From IMG/VR virus record IMGVR_UViG_3300005739_000025: DNA of 64,000 bases; one strand, given 5' to 3'. A program made the position numbers and the translations under genes. Positions 35,948-46,784 of this stretch are shown piece after piece. The notes under the pieces are model-generated. The model did no database searches, was not told the origin of the DNA, and saw only the letters and a program-made list of their open reading frames with translations. Source of the DNA: a virus (lineage: Duplodnaviria > Caudoviricetes). The first letter of the stretch is position 1. Every line of letters begins with the position of its first letter.

Positions 35948-38365
35948 ATGGCAAGAACAATTCAATCACCAGGTGTAGAGATTAGAGAAATAGATTTCTC
36001 AATTAGACCAGTAACAACAGAAGGAACATTTGTATTTTTACCAGGTTTTGCAAACCAAGGACCTATAGACGAAGTTTTGCAACCAGGTAGCATTTCAGAG
36101 TTTGAACAAGTTTACGGTGCACCAACAAATGCAGCAGAACAATATTTTTATCAAACAGCAAAAGCAATACTTGGTTCATCCCCTGCAAAATTACTTACAA
36201 CACGTTTACCATATGGTTCGAAAAAAGGTGATGGTTTTACAACTTGGAGATATAGTGCATTAGTTTATCCTGCCAGCGGTTTTATTACATCAAACACATC
36301 AACATCAGCTGCTACCGCTTTAACAGATGCGAATGTATATTTGTTTGGTAAGCCAACACACCTTGAATTGAGTGCAGAACAATATCAATCTATACTTGAT
36401 AATAATATAGATTGGCAAAATTCAGTTTCAAACACATTTTTATCAGGCATCGATTACGGTAGTATAGAAAATGCAGGTTTAATCATATTAAACAAAGCAC
36501 AAACAACCGTTAATAACACATTCGAAGGTTACTATGTTGGTATTATTGATAACAATAATTATAACCCAGCAACTCCCTTCAACGGCGCTCTTAGGGTAAA
36601 TGCAATACAATCTTCAAATACAACTATTTACAACTATTTACAAGTTCCCGAAGCTAGATTAAATTTTGCCTTAAGTGCAACAAAAGCTGGTGATGGTTCA
36701 AGTATTTCTGAAGTATTGGAGAATCTAGGTCAAACTGACCTAAATTCAAGATCATTTGACGATACTTTATCATTTGGCTTGTTTAAGCTAAGAAAGAGCA
36801 TCTACACTCCAGATACAATTTCACTTGACTACGTATTGTCTGAAAGTTATATCGGCTCTCTTGACTATCATAGACAAGTTGCCGATCAAACCGGTGGTCC
36901 AGCCAAAACATTCTACCTTGGCGCCCTTGCGGATAATTCCTCTAATGTTGTAGTAAAGGTCAACCCTTATATTAGTAGTAGATTTACCAATACCTGGATT
37001 GGTAGCGGTGGAAACCCTACTAAAAAGGTTCGCTTTTTGAGTACACAACTTGCAACTCCATTAAACGATACTGGTTTTATTGATACCTCAGCAACTTACC
37101 TAACAAGAGTTGGTATGACAAGTGCTTCAGTAAGTGCAGCGCTTGACAAAATGGGGGGCACAGATGCAATATACGCTTTAGGGGTATATTCAAACACAGT
37201 TTCTAACGATAAATCAATTGGTGGTCTACCATCAAAACTTGAAAGAGCTTTTGAATTGGTTGAGAACCCTGATATATATCCAATTAATCTAGCTGTTGAA
37301 GCAGGTTTAGGAACTGTTTATGTAAATTCAATTTACCAAACAGCATCAGCTCCATCGGATGTTGTTAATGATCAAACAGCTGGACCGTTCGTAGATTCAA
37401 AACCACTTAACGCTTTAAGTGCTTTCTACGTAACAAACTCAGATGGTTTAGGTGATGAAGGTACAAATCTAAGAAGTTATTACAACGCGGTGGCAAATGT
37501 ATTTGTTAATGCAGCTGAAAAGCAAAGAAAAGACTTCATGGTAATTCTTGATCCTATTAGAAACATTTTTGTTCAGGGTCAAAATTCAAAAGTAATTAAT
37601 GCTAAGAAGACGTGGGGCCCAAATGCAGGTATTGATCCAGATCCATACGCTGCAGGTTATGTTACTACAAACTTCAGCCAACATGTTTACTGGCCATTAA
37701 GACATCAATTCTCTACAATTAATTCATCATATGCAACAACATATGGCCAATTTGCACAAGTAATTGATTCAACATCAAATAGACAAATGTGGGTTCCGTT
37801 CTCCGGATTTGCAGCGGCCGCGATGGCTAACACAGATAGTTTATTTCAGCCATGGTTTGCACCAGCTGGCTTTACACGTGGTGTAATTACAAATGCTACT
37901 GATCTTGCTGTTTACCCGAAACAAAAACAACGCGATCAACTTTATAAAGTATCAATTAACCCAGTTGCGTTCTTCCCAGCAGAAGGTTTCGTAATCTTTG
38001 GTCAAAAGACCTTGCTCAAGAAACCATCAGCATTCGATAGAATTAACGTTCGTAGATTGTTCTTAAATCTCGAGGTACAAACTCGTGATACAGTTAAGTT
38101 CTTCGTATTTGAGCCAAATACATTCTTTACAAGAACCCAAATTGTTAATACTCTATCACCTATATTTGATAGAGCTAAGAACACAGAAGGTTTATATGAC
38201 TACTTGATTGTCTGCGACGAAAGAAATAACACACCTGACGTTATTGACAACAATGAGTTAAAAGTTGATATTTATATTAAACCGGTTCGTACTGCAGAGT
38301 TTATCTTAGTATCCTTCTACGCGACACGTACAGGACAAGATTTTCAGGAGCTAATTGGTTTATAA
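35948..38365 (+). CDS. gp18: contractile tail sheath gp18
   Basis: SPGVEIREID, PWFAPAGFTRG, GQKT, AFDRINVRRLF, VCDERNNTP, IKPVRTAEFI. Confidence 0.95.
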   Translation: MARTIQSPGVEIREIDFSIRPVTTEGTFVFLPGFANQGPIDEVLQPGSISEFEQVYGAPTNAAEQYFYQTAKAILGSSPAKLLTTRLPYGSKKGDGFTTWRYSALVYPASGFITSNTSTSAATALTDANVYLFGKPTHLELSAEQYQSILDNNIDWQNSVSNTFLSGIDYGSIENAGLIILNKAQTTVNNTFEGYYVGIIDNNNYNPATPFNGALRVNAIQSSNTTIYNYLQVPEARLNFALSATKAGDGSSISEVLENLGQTDLNSRSFDDTLSFGLFKLRKSIYTPDTISLDYVLSESYIGSLDYHRQVADQTGGPAKTFYLGALADNSSNVVVKVNPYISSRFTNTWIGSGGNPTKKVRFLSTQLATPLNDTGFIDTSATYLTRVGMTSASVSAALDKMGGTDAIYALGVYSNTVSNDKSIGGLPSKLERAFELVENPDIYPINLAVEAGLGTVYVNSIYQTASAPSDVVNDQTAGPFVDSKPLNALSAFYVTNSDGLGDEGTNLRSYYNAVANVFVNAAEKQRKDFMVILDPIRNIFVQGQNSKVINAKKTWGPNAGIDPDPYAAGYVTTNFSQHVYWPLRHQFSTINSSYATTYGQFAQVIDSTSNRQMWVPFSGFAAAAMANTDSLFQPWFAPAGFTRGVITNATDLAVYPKQKQRDQLYKVSINPVAFFPAEGFVIFGQKTLLKKPSAFDRINVRRLFLNLEVQTRDTVKFFVFEPNTFFTRTQIVNTLSPIFDRAKNTEGLYDYLIVCDERNNTPDVIDNNELKVDIYIKPVRTAEFILVSFYATRTGQDFQELIGL

Positions 38366-38389
38366 CAAAATTAATGAATAAATAATTTT

Positions 38390-38992
38390 ATGGCACAACT
38401 AACAGATCTACTAATAAACAATTTTTACGACAGAGCAATTGCTGTTGATTTTTCAAGAGACATCAATTTCAAAGTTGTAGCAATTGTACCTGGTGCACAA
38501 TACGGCACTTTAGGCAACAATTTTATAACAACTAACGACTTAGTTTATGCAAAATCAGCTAAGTTGCCAGGCAGAAACATAACAAACGTTGAAGCCAAAT
38601 ATATGGGCTTGGCATTTAATTTACCTGGAATTGTTGAGTACCCAGATAGCGCTAGCTACCAAGTTCAATTTTATTGTGACAAAAACAGTCAATTAAGAAA
38701 TAAATTCGAACAATGGAGTAGATTGTTATTCAACGATGAAAACTCAACAGGTGTTTATTCAATACCTCAACGTTCTTCTTATATTCAATTAGCTCAATTA
38801 GATCCTGCTAAAAATATTATGCAGCAATATAGACTTATTGGTGCAAGCGTTCGCAATCTAGGTGATATTGAATATAATATGGCTGAAGGTACAGGTGCAA
38901 TAATGTCGTTTAACGTTACATTTGCTTATCATTATTACGTTCTAACATCAGACGAGTCAGCGGATACAGCAATTAACGCTGGTGGCCCGTAG
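38390..38992 (+). CDS. gp19: tail tube protein gp19
   Basis: Follows the sheath; AKLPGR, FEQW, LGDIEY, FNVTFAYHYY. Confidence 0.85.
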   Translation: MAQLTDLLINNFYDRAIAVDFSRDINFKVVAIVPGAQYGTLGNNFITTNDLVYAKSAKLPGRNITNVEAKYMGLAFNLPGIVEYPDSASYQVQFYCDKNSQLRNKFEQWSRLLFNDENSTGVYSIPQRSSYIQLAQLDPAKNIMQQYRLIGASVRNLGDIEYNMAEGTGAIMSFNVTFAYHYYVLTSDESADTAINAGGP

Positions 38993-39031
38993 TATTAATC
39001 AATAACTAATCGTGCCTATTAAATAATATTA

Positions 39032-39913
39032 ATGGCCGTATCAAACACATTTTTAAATGGCGCTTCTAATGTAGTAAGGTCTATATTAGGTAATTTAGGT
39101 GGTTTAGTTAACGGTCAGAATCCACCAACCCAACCTCAAATAGGAAACCTCATAGGTTTTAATATACCTGCTGCACCACTAGTAAGCACTAGGGATTATT
39201 TTTTATCTCAATTAAATTCTTGGGTATCTACACCTTCTTTACAATCTCAGTGGATTGCTATTATAGATAGATTTCCACCAGCGTTAAACTCAGCAATTTT
39301 AAAAAACTTAGAGAGAACAGTAGGTAATAATAATGCGTTTGAAATAAACGCAGCTAAAACCATATTAACGTCCTACCCCTTTCAATATGTAACGGGATGT
39401 ATTTTTTGCAATTCTTTTGAAATGCCAGAAGAAAAATACACTGTCGAAACAGCGACATTAAGAAACAATAGAGGTTTTATACCTGGGGTATTAGGAGGTG
39501 CGAGAGCGAGTTACGCTGATACACCTCTTGTGCTTGGGTTTTACGACAATAATACTTCTTTTATGGATTTTATTATTAGGCCTTGGGTAATGCTAGCAAG
39601 TCATTACGGACACGTAACAAGAAGAGATGCTAGATATAGTGTTAAGTGTAATATTACTCTTTTATCGTATAGTAAAACCTACGCTAATATTAGTATGGTT
39701 CCAAGAAAAGTGTTTACGTTTTTTAATTGTGTACCAACTACAGTATCTAGACAAAACTATGAATACGACGAGCCTAACGAGGTAAAATCGTATACTGCTA
39801 ATTTTTCTTTTACAAATTATACAATACAAAATAATATGTATTTACCATTACCTGGTATAATAAATTCTATAAGAAGTAATCAACCATTTTTTAGTAATCC
39901 ATTAACCTTTTAA
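39032..39913 (+). CDS. tube-fold baseplate protein (gp54-like)
   Basis: FEMPEE, FIIRPW, FFNCVP..V, YTANFSF tube-like pattern; late promoter. Confidence 0.6.
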   Translation: MAVSNTFLNGASNVVRSILGNLGGLVNGQNPPTQPQIGNLIGFNIPAAPLVSTRDYFLSQLNSWVSTPSLQSQWIAIIDRFPPALNSAILKNLERTVGNNNAFEINAAKTILTSYPFQYVTGCIFCNSFEMPEEKYTVETATLRNNRGFIPGVLGGARASYADTPLVLGFYDNNTSFMDFIIRPWVMLASHYGHVTRRDARYSVKCNITLLSYSKTYANISMVPRKVFTFFNCVPTTVSRQNYEYDEPNEVKSYTANFSFTNYTIQNNMYLPLPGIINSIRSNQPFFSNPLTF

Positions 39914-39915
39914 CT

Positions 39916-40698
39916 GTGAACGATTATAAAATAAAAACGATTGTACCTAGCTTATCAACTACAGTATATTTAAATCAAATAAAAAATAAAAACTTATTTG
40001 ATATAAGCAAATTTATCTCATCAAACGATGATACCGGGTTAGCTTATTATCTAGAAAACTTAGTTAAAAAAATACCAACAGATAATAACTTTGACAAAAC
40101 TTTTGCTTTGTTAAATTTAAGAATGGTGTGTATAAGTAATGAATTAAAAATTAAAATATCACAAGGTAGTACACCAATAAATTATAAATTTAATATTAAT
40201 AATATTCTTCTTAATTTGTTAAACAATGTTAATGAACCTATTACAAAATATGTTAAAGAAGATTTAGAACTAGAATTAAAACACCCAAGCAAACTCTATT
40301 ATAGTAATTTTATAGAATTTTTAATAGATATAATAGTTGATTTAAAAATAAAAAAAGTAGAAATAGACTATAAAAAATTATCTATTAAAAATAAAAGTAA
40401 ATTATTGACAACATTGAAAAAGGAAATAATAAAAGAAATAAAAGATTATTTAAAACTGAACCAAAAAATTTACACAACACTAGTTTTTGAAAATAGTGAA
40501 AGAAAAATTTCCTTTTATGACAATACTTTTTTTTATTTTATAAAATTTCTATTTAATTACAATCTTTCTAATTTATATAATAAAATGTTTTTAACTTGTA
40601 GTGCTTTAAAGTTAACCTATAGTGAGTATAAAAGTTTAACTCCTGCAGAAACAGACGTACTAATAGCTATATACAAAAAGAATAATAATATTAAATAA
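39916..40698 (+). CDS. baseplate hub assembly protein (gp26-like, with a gp51-like C-terminus)
   Basis: Position; LLNLRMVCI; C-terminal LTYSEYKSLTPAETDVLI. Confidence 0.5.
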   Translation: MNDYKIKTIVPSLSTTVYLNQIKNKNLFDISKFISSNDDTGLAYYLENLVKKIPTDNNFDKTFALLNLRMVCISNELKIKISQGSTPINYKFNINNILLNLLNNVNEPITKYVKEDLELELKHPSKLYYSNFIEFLIDIIVDLKIKKVEIDYKKLSIKNKSKLLTTLKKEIIKEIKDYLKLNQKIYTTLVFENSERKISFYDNTFFYFIKFLFNYNLSNLYNKMFLTCSALKLTYSEYKSLTPAETDVLIAIYKKNNNIK

Positions 40699-40702
40699 TT
40701 AA

Positions 40703-42124
40703 GTGGACAATATCGTAAGTTTACCAGAAAAATATTTTGATGTTAATTCATTTAACAATCAAGAGGATTTAGAGGGTGATAATTTAGAGTATAGAGTTGA
40801 AGATCCCCTAACTCTATCTGAAGATTATGCAATGCCAGGAGAAACAAGAGGGATAATTTCTAAACCCGCGACACCCACAAGGTCGTATGCCAATAACGAT
40901 ACTGTAACTAAAGATGAAAATGAAGAATCTTTAGATAACAACACTGTTAATAATACTAATGTTTATCAAGCTCAAGACAACACAGAATTATTAAATGAAA
41001 TAAAACAGTTAGATGAAAAAATAAAAAATCTTCAAAACGAGATACAAATAACGCCAACACAAGAAATAAAACAAAATATTGTTAATACTAATTTAGAAGA
41101 TTCAGATTCTACCGTAAATGTGGTAAATAAGGATTTTTTTAATAACAATCTACAAAATACAGATAATGTTTTTAATGAATTGTCTTCCGAATCAATCAAC
41201 AATTTACAAAACAATAATGCAGACAATACAAATATAGTTCAAAATACTAAATCAAATATTAACAATAATGATCAAGTTCTTCAAAGAGAAATAAACAATT
41301 TACTAGAAAAAAGAGAACAACTATTAAACCAATTTTATTTTAAAGAAGCTCAAAATCAAAACGTCTTTGACACTACCAACGTTAATAATTCTAATACAGA
41401 ATCTAGAGTACTAGTTGATAACTTTACACCTAATTTTGCTTTTGTTTCAGAAGAGCAACAAGAAGCTATAGATAGAAGTGTAGAAGCTGAAAATGCGTTT
41501 GGCAGTGACCCAAAATTAGTTAGTGATAGTTTTGGTAATCCTGCAGTTATAAGTGAAGATCAAGTAGATCTTAATACCGCTATTGATCAACACGGTGGTG
41601 TGGATAATGCTATACAGGATTCAGTAAATCAGCAACAATACTTAAACAACGGTAATTTACAATCAGGAGAAACTTTAGAAGAAAACAATACTTTTAATAA
41701 TGATTCTAAATCTACTATAAAAGAAGGTGATAGTGCGCTAAGCGAAGAAAATAATTATGAAAATATTGATAATAGTTTTTATGGCATAGGCAAAGACGAT
41801 AGTTCTGAGGCTATAAAAAGCTCAGGTAAGCAGACTGTTGATGCAATAAACAAATTAGCAAATCAGTTTAATAATTTAGCAAAAGCTATAACAAGCGGTT
41901 TTAATTCTGTTAATGGTAAAATAAAGGATATTGGTAATCAATCTCAAAACAACGTTACTAATAATTACAAAAATGAATCATCTGGAAGTTCACCTCAAAT
42001 GGGATCAAAAAATAAAAGTAATATATCACCGGAAATAAGAGGAGACACGCCATTAAAGCAACATTTTCCTAGTAATATGGATTTAAATAATTTACATGGA
42101 AATAACTTATTTACAAGAGTATGA
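40703..42124 (+). CDS. Asn-rich low-complexity protein at the tape-measure (gp29) position
   Basis: TTAAATA 5 nt before GTG; lies between gp26-like and gp48-like genes. Confidence 0.4.
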   Translation: MDNIVSLPEKYFDVNSFNNQEDLEGDNLEYRVEDPLTLSEDYAMPGETRGIISKPATPTRSYANNDTVTKDENEESLDNNTVNNTNVYQAQDNTELLNEIKQLDEKIKNLQNEIQITPTQEIKQNIVNTNLEDSDSTVNVVNKDFFNNNLQNTDNVFNELSSESINNLQNNNADNTNIVQNTKSNINNNDQVLQREINNLLEKREQLLNQFYFKEAQNQNVFDTTNVNNSNTESRVLVDNFTPNFAFVSEEQQEAIDRSVEAENAFGSDPKLVSDSFGNPAVISEDQVDLNTAIDQHGGVDNAIQDSVNQQQYLNNGNLQSGETLEENNTFNNDSKSTIKEGDSALSEENNYENIDNSFYGIGKDDSSEAIKSSGKQTVDAINKLANQFNNLAKAITSGFNSVNGKIKDIGNQSQNNVTNNYKNESSGSSPQMGSKNKSNISPEIRGDTPLKQHFPSNMDLNNLHGNNLFTRV

Positions 42125-43356
42125 GTAATTTATATAGTTTTACAAATAATAAATGTGAAAATGCAGGTGCACCTATGTTAACACCCGCAGGTGGTTTTAC
42201 TGCATCATTTAATGGTTCAAATTATATTGGTAGAGATAGTTTAAATTTTTCTTCTGGTTTTATAGATGTAGTGAACAACTTTCAATGGACTCACTCACCT
42301 CCTGGTACACAATCAAGACAAGAAGTACCAGGTATAACACTAAGAGAAAAGAGACTTAGAACTAATTCACTAATAGCTGGTGCTGCTTATTTTCTTTCTT
42401 CAGCTTCTTCTTCATTAGGTACTCTAGATGCAAGAATAGGATCCGTGTTTGGTCAATCAATCGGTGGTGTATTAAGTAACATAGCTTCAAACCCTGGACT
42501 ACAAAGTACTTTTTCTACAATTGGTAATATTTTTAATCAAAATCTTTTAAATTCAGTTGCAACTCTTACAACTGGAAATTCTGATATTAATAGTATATTG
42601 GGCGCTACTATTGAAGGTCTAAACAGCAAATATCTAAGACCGTATGAAGGTCTCTATATAACAGAAGATACCAAATTTACTTATTATCTACCTTATTTTG
42701 CAGATCAATTAAATAACGTTTTAAACAGATTTACAGAAAATGATCAACAACTGTCAAATTCCATTATGGGTCAAGGTGTAAATGAAATTTATAACGCAGC
42801 TTCTGCTTTAGCTAGATTTGCACATTTTAAGGAACCAGGCATTTATATTGAAAGACCAAAATTTTATAATTTTACCAATACAGGTGAAAGTATAGAATTA
42901 GAATTTCCGTTAGTTAATACCGGTTGGGCTACATATGATGATGTGAGAAGAAATTGGCAATTATGTTTTATGCTTACATATCAAAATAGACCAAATAGAA
43001 GATCAAGAGAGCTTATTGATCCAGCTTGTATATATGAAGTCAACATACCAGGGGTTAAATATATGCCTTATGCTTTTATAAGTCAATTAAAAATAGACTT
43101 TATGGGTTCAAGAAGAATGATGCCTTTAGAAGTTCCAGGGGGTACCATTAATACAATCGTACCAGACGCATATAAAATTTATATGCTTATAGAAGGGCTA
43201 TTACCAGAATCTCAAAACTTCTTAGCTTCTATGCTTTCTGATAAACAGGATATAGTCAATGTAGTAAGCAATGATCGTTACAACCCATTTGGTGAAATTT
43301 TTAATAGCTATGAAAATTCTTTTAGAAATGAAAGTGCATCTTTAAGAACCCAGTAA
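42121..43356 (+). CDS. baseplate tail-tube cap gp48-like
   Basis: IERPKFY, EFPLVNT, NRPNR, PACIYEVNIPG pattern. Confidence 0.55.
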   Translation: MSNLYSFTNNKCENAGAPMLTPAGGFTASFNGSNYIGRDSLNFSSGFIDVVNNFQWTHSPPGTQSRQEVPGITLREKRLRTNSLIAGAAYFLSSASSSLGTLDARIGSVFGQSIGGVLSNIASNPGLQSTFSTIGNIFNQNLLNSVATLTTGNSDINSILGATIEGLNSKYLRPYEGLYITEDTKFTYYLPYFADQLNNVLNRFTENDQQLSNSIMGQGVNEIYNAASALARFAHFKEPGIYIERPKFYNFTNTGESIELEFPLVNTGWATYDDVRRNWQLCFMLTYQNRPNRRSRELIDPACIYEVNIPGVKYMPYAFISQLKIDFMGSRRMMPLEVPGGTINTIVPDAYKIYMLIEGLLPESQNFLASMLSDKQDIVNVVSNDRYNPFGEIFNSYENSFRNESASLRTQ

Positions 43357-43360
43357 TATT

Positions 43361-43759
43361 ATGATTATCACAAATCAACAAAGCATTTCAGCTGTAGGAC
43401 CTTTTCAAAAAGATGTTCCTTATTTACCTACTTTAGATGAATTTTCGTTTGAAAATTTTTTAAGATTATATTTAACTAAAGATAATCAATTTTTTTATAA
43501 TCTTCTAACCACACAAGTGGTTATTGATGGAGAATTAGACGCTAGCACGTTTTATACAATTACAGTAACAAAATCTATACCGTGGACAACTATTAGTTAT
43601 AACGAATATAGAAATATGAACTTGTGGTGGTTAATAATGGCAACTAATAAGATTAGAAACCCTATTGAATATCCGGTACCGGGAACTCAACTTAAAATAC
43701 TATACCCCCAATTTGTTAGATATGTTGTTGATCAAATAATAGAAAAACAAAAAACATGA
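43361..43759 (+). CDS. gp53: baseplate wedge LysM protein gp53-like
   Basis: WTTISYNEY....LWWLIMATNKIRNP...PGTQLKI. Confidence 0.75.
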   Translation: MIITNQQSISAVGPFQKDVPYLPTLDEFSFENFLRLYLTKDNQFFYNLLTTQVVIDGELDASTFYTITVTKSIPWTTISYNEYRNMNLWWLIMATNKIRNPIEYPVPGTQLKILYPQFVRYVVDQIIEKQKT

Positions 43760-45408
43760 TAAAAGGTATTTTCAGCAATTTAACTTCTGGTGGCGCAAAA
43801 AAGGATAACGTTGAGCAAATTGGCGATAACGTATATATTTTTAACTTAAAACTTTTTAACGGAACTTCTGAAGTAGGTTTAAAATTTAGCGCAGTAGAGG
43901 ATTTACAAATTGTAGATGACTTAAGGTTCTTTTATGTTTATGGAACTTTAACAATTAACTACAACAATGATGTTTTAGAAGCGTTTGAAAGTTTAGGTAG
44001 TAGCATGGGAACAGGTGGTGGTAATGCGCAGTCGTATCAATTTAGAGGTGATGGTAGAGATATTTTAAAAATAGATATAATGCCTCAAATAAAAGAGCAA
44101 AAATGTTTGGAGGTTTATGCTTCAGAAAGTGACAGAAAAAAATATAATATTAAACACGAATGTAGTATATACAAATATGAAGATATAACTTCGAGTAAGG
44201 GAAATAAACAGAGAAAATTTTATTTTTGGGACAGAGATTTTCAAATATTAAGCGATGTAACAATAGACTACTCTACAGGAGACAAAACAAAAAGTGGTAC
44301 AGGTTCGTCTCCTAAGGGTGGTTCTGCAAAAACAGGCGCTGGTGCTGCAGCTGCAGCATCTAACCCAGCAACAAGATCTACTACAAGCGGTACCCAGGCT
44401 GGTAATAAAAAAGCTTCAAACTCGAATACAGAAAATAGTGTATTAACTAGTGAAGCTATGGAGGATATATTAAAGAAAGCTTTAGTAGAAATATCTGGAC
44501 AAAAATTTAAAAAGGGTTTGTGGGATACCGGGGAATCAAAAATAATGTATTATAGCACAAGCAGCAACAAAGCTGTACAAGATCTGTCTTATGTGTTATC
44601 ACTACATATTAGTGATAAAAGTAATAACAACTTACCGTGTTTGCTAAAAAAAGAAAGATATACAGACAAATATGATTTAAAACCTATAAACAAGTATTAT
44701 TCTGGGGGTACCGGTCTGAGTTTGGGTACTTTGTTAAACGCTAATGATCAAGAGGATTTTTACATAGGTAAAATAGATCCATCTTCTTCTGGACTACAAC
44801 GAGGTAGTATGAAGGGTTCCAGAGGAGGTAAGATGAACGTTTCTGATTACAACTTGATAGACGATTATACTTTCACTAAAATAAATGCTAAAGACCTACA
44901 AAAGTATCTAGCAACATCTATAGTTCATAGTAATGATCCAAGAGGTTTTTTTACATCAGATTTTAAAGAAAATAACTTTCAAAGCGCTACTAAGTTATAC
45001 GAAAAAACTTATTTAAAATCAGGAAATTACTCTAGTGGTTCTAGTACAAATACCCCTGTTAATAAATTAAGAAAAACTCACAAGACTATAACACATGATT
45101 ATATTCCAGATAACGTAAGTAAAGAACAAAGAAAAAGTTATGGTGTTAATAAAGGTATGTTAAATTTATTTTTTAAAAATACATCTATATCTTTTAGAGC
45201 TAGAGGTAATACAATGAGACAAACAGGTAAATTTTTCACAATAAATAGAATGGATAGTAACATAAGTACTTCATATGATAACAATGTTTTAGGAAAGTAT
45301 ATGACAACGTACGTGATACATCAATTTGGAAAAGGCGGATATACTAATACTATTCACGGGGTCAAACCGTATGTAGATAAAAAACAAAACTTTACGGAGG
45401 AAGTCTAA
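43756..45408 (+). CDS. baseplate hub protein gp27-like
   Basis: Follows gp53; C-terminal RGN...GK...GKY.TT.V.H.F hub pattern. Confidence 0.6.
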   Translation: MIKGIFSNLTSGGAKKDNVEQIGDNVYIFNLKLFNGTSEVGLKFSAVEDLQIVDDLRFFYVYGTLTINYNNDVLEAFESLGSSMGTGGGNAQSYQFRGDGRDILKIDIMPQIKEQKCLEVYASESDRKKYNIKHECSIYKYEDITSSKGNKQRKFYFWDRDFQILSDVTIDYSTGDKTKSGTGSSPKGGSAKTGAGAAAAASNPATRSTTSGTQAGNKKASNSNTENSVLTSEAMEDILKKALVEISGQKFKKGLWDTGESKIMYYSTSSNKAVQDLSYVLSLHISDKSNNNLPCLLKKERYTDKYDLKPINKYYSGGTGLSLGTLLNANDQEDFYIGKIDPSSSGLQRGSMKGSRGGKMNVSDYNLIDDYTFTKINAKDLQKYLATSIVHSNDPRGFFTSDFKENNFQSATKLYEKTYLKSGNYSSGSSTNTPVNKLRKTHKTITHDYIPDNVSKEQRKSYGVNKGMLNLFFKNTSISFRARGNTMRQTGKFFTINRMDSNISTSYDNNVLGKYMTTYVIHQFGKGGYTNTIHGVKPYVDKKQNFTEEV

Positions 45409-46253
45409 TGGTACCAACAGCAACATTTTACACGCTTTTGAGAAATTATAACCCGGTAAATGAGCTTATAGCTCCCCAATTAAAAGAAATTTTTGGTCAA
45501 TACGGGCCCGAGGTTTTAGATACATTTAAAGCACACTGGGATGCCAAAAATTCCAATAAGCCAGTTGAAAGACTTGCTGATTTCTTTTCAAAACTAGACG
45601 GTCAGTTAAAAAATATAGATGATCCAGGTATAGTCGAAGGTTGGAGATCCCACTTTAAATCACAATCACCTTTAATTAAATCTGAGACACTTAGAAAATT
45701 ACCAAAACCCACATTTTTGGGGGTAAATTTACCAAAATTGGGCCCGGTTGATCCTAGAAATTTATTTCAAGCAGCAACTACACCATTTTTTAATACAGCT
45801 GGAGGGGGTGGCGCTCCTCCTAACTTTACAAATATAGGAGTTAGACTTAGTCCTACGTTAGAGGCCAATATGGCATCTGCATTGAAAATAGTAGGTACTA
45901 TCTCAAACAAAAACTTAACCCCTATTATAGGGTCATTGGCTAAAAGCACAATGAATCACGGTACTAATTTAGTTTTAGATAGTGAACACGTAAAAAGGGT
46001 TGGAGAGGTAATTACTTCTTACACAAAAAAATTACAAGAGGTAGTAGGTGATGCGTCTAGCTTTTTACTCAAATCTATAAACTTTAATAAGTTTGGAGTA
46101 CAAAACGTTGACATAAGTTCACCCGCAATTGCGTTTACTAACGTGGTGGAAGGTCTTAATACAGTTGTAGATGGTGTAGGTAAAGATATTGTAAGTAAGC
46201 TTCCGATTAATGTTAAAGACTTTGCTTCACCAAAACCTTCTAATCTTGTTTAA
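45408..46253 (+). CDS. hypothetical protein in the baseplate operon
   Basis: 1-nt overlap with the hub gene. Confidence 0.55.
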   Translation: MVPTATFYTLLRNYNPVNELIAPQLKEIFGQYGPEVLDTFKAHWDAKNSNKPVERLADFFSKLDGQLKNIDDPGIVEGWRSHFKSQSPLIKSETLRKLPKPTFLGVNLPKLGPVDPRNLFQAATTPFFNTAGGGGAPPNFTNIGVRLSPTLEANMASALKIVGTISNKNLTPIIGSLAKSTMNHGTNLVLDSEHVKRVGEVITSYTKKLQEVVGDASSFLLKSINFNKFGVQNVDISSPAIAFTNVVEGLNTVVDGVGKDIVSKLPINVKDFASPKPSNLV

Positions 46254-46734
46254 TATCTAACGGTTCAAATTCAGCTTCTATAACTTCTGACTTTTCTATA
46301 AGTTTTTTAAGAACTTCATCTCTAGTTAACAAATATTTTTGTGGTATATCTTCTTTGCTTGCTTCCTTAAGCTCTTTTTTTGCTTTAATGTCCATTTCTT
46401 TTAACTCTTTGTTATTTTCTATTTTTGAATTTGCAACTTGTATATCCTTAAGAACTGATAATGCACTGCTTACCGCTTTGAACGCTTGAGAAAGTGATTC
46501 GATTTCTTCTGCATTTGGATTACTTACAAATATAGACTTAAGCTCTTTAATTGTATCAAGACCCTCTACAACTAATTCGCCTGTTTTTTCTAATATAAAT
46601 TTTTCTAAATTATCTTTTTTAAGAGTATCAACTTCAGATTTATATTCTTTGTTTTTTGTATTAACATTATCAACTTGCTCTTTAAGCTTTTCCGTTAACT
46701 CGTTTACAGTAATGTAATTAGAATCATCTTCCAT
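46240..46734 (-). CDS. helical protein, possible terminase small subunit gp16-like
   Basis: ILEKTGEL..EGLDTI..L..., LSVLKDIQ and LLTRDEVLKKL loosely follow the gp16 layout. Confidence 0.35.
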   Translation of the reverse strand: MEDDSNYITVNELTEKLKEQVDNVNTKNKEYKSEVDTLKKDNLEKFILEKTGELVVEGLDTIKELKSIFVSNPNAEEIESLSQAFKAVSSALSVLKDIQVANSKIENNKELKEMDIKAKKELKEASKEDIPQKYLLTRDEVLKKLIEKSEVIEAEFEPLDIKQD

Positions 46735-46750
46735 TTAATTAGTTATTATG

Positions 46751-46778
46751 TTGATTAAGTTAATCTATAATTTATAAT
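46751..46778 (+). promoter_or_regulatory. sigma70-like promoter TTGATT-N16-TATAAT
   Basis: 6 nt before the dUTPase ATG. Confidence 0.7.
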
Positions 46779-46784
46779 AAGGTT

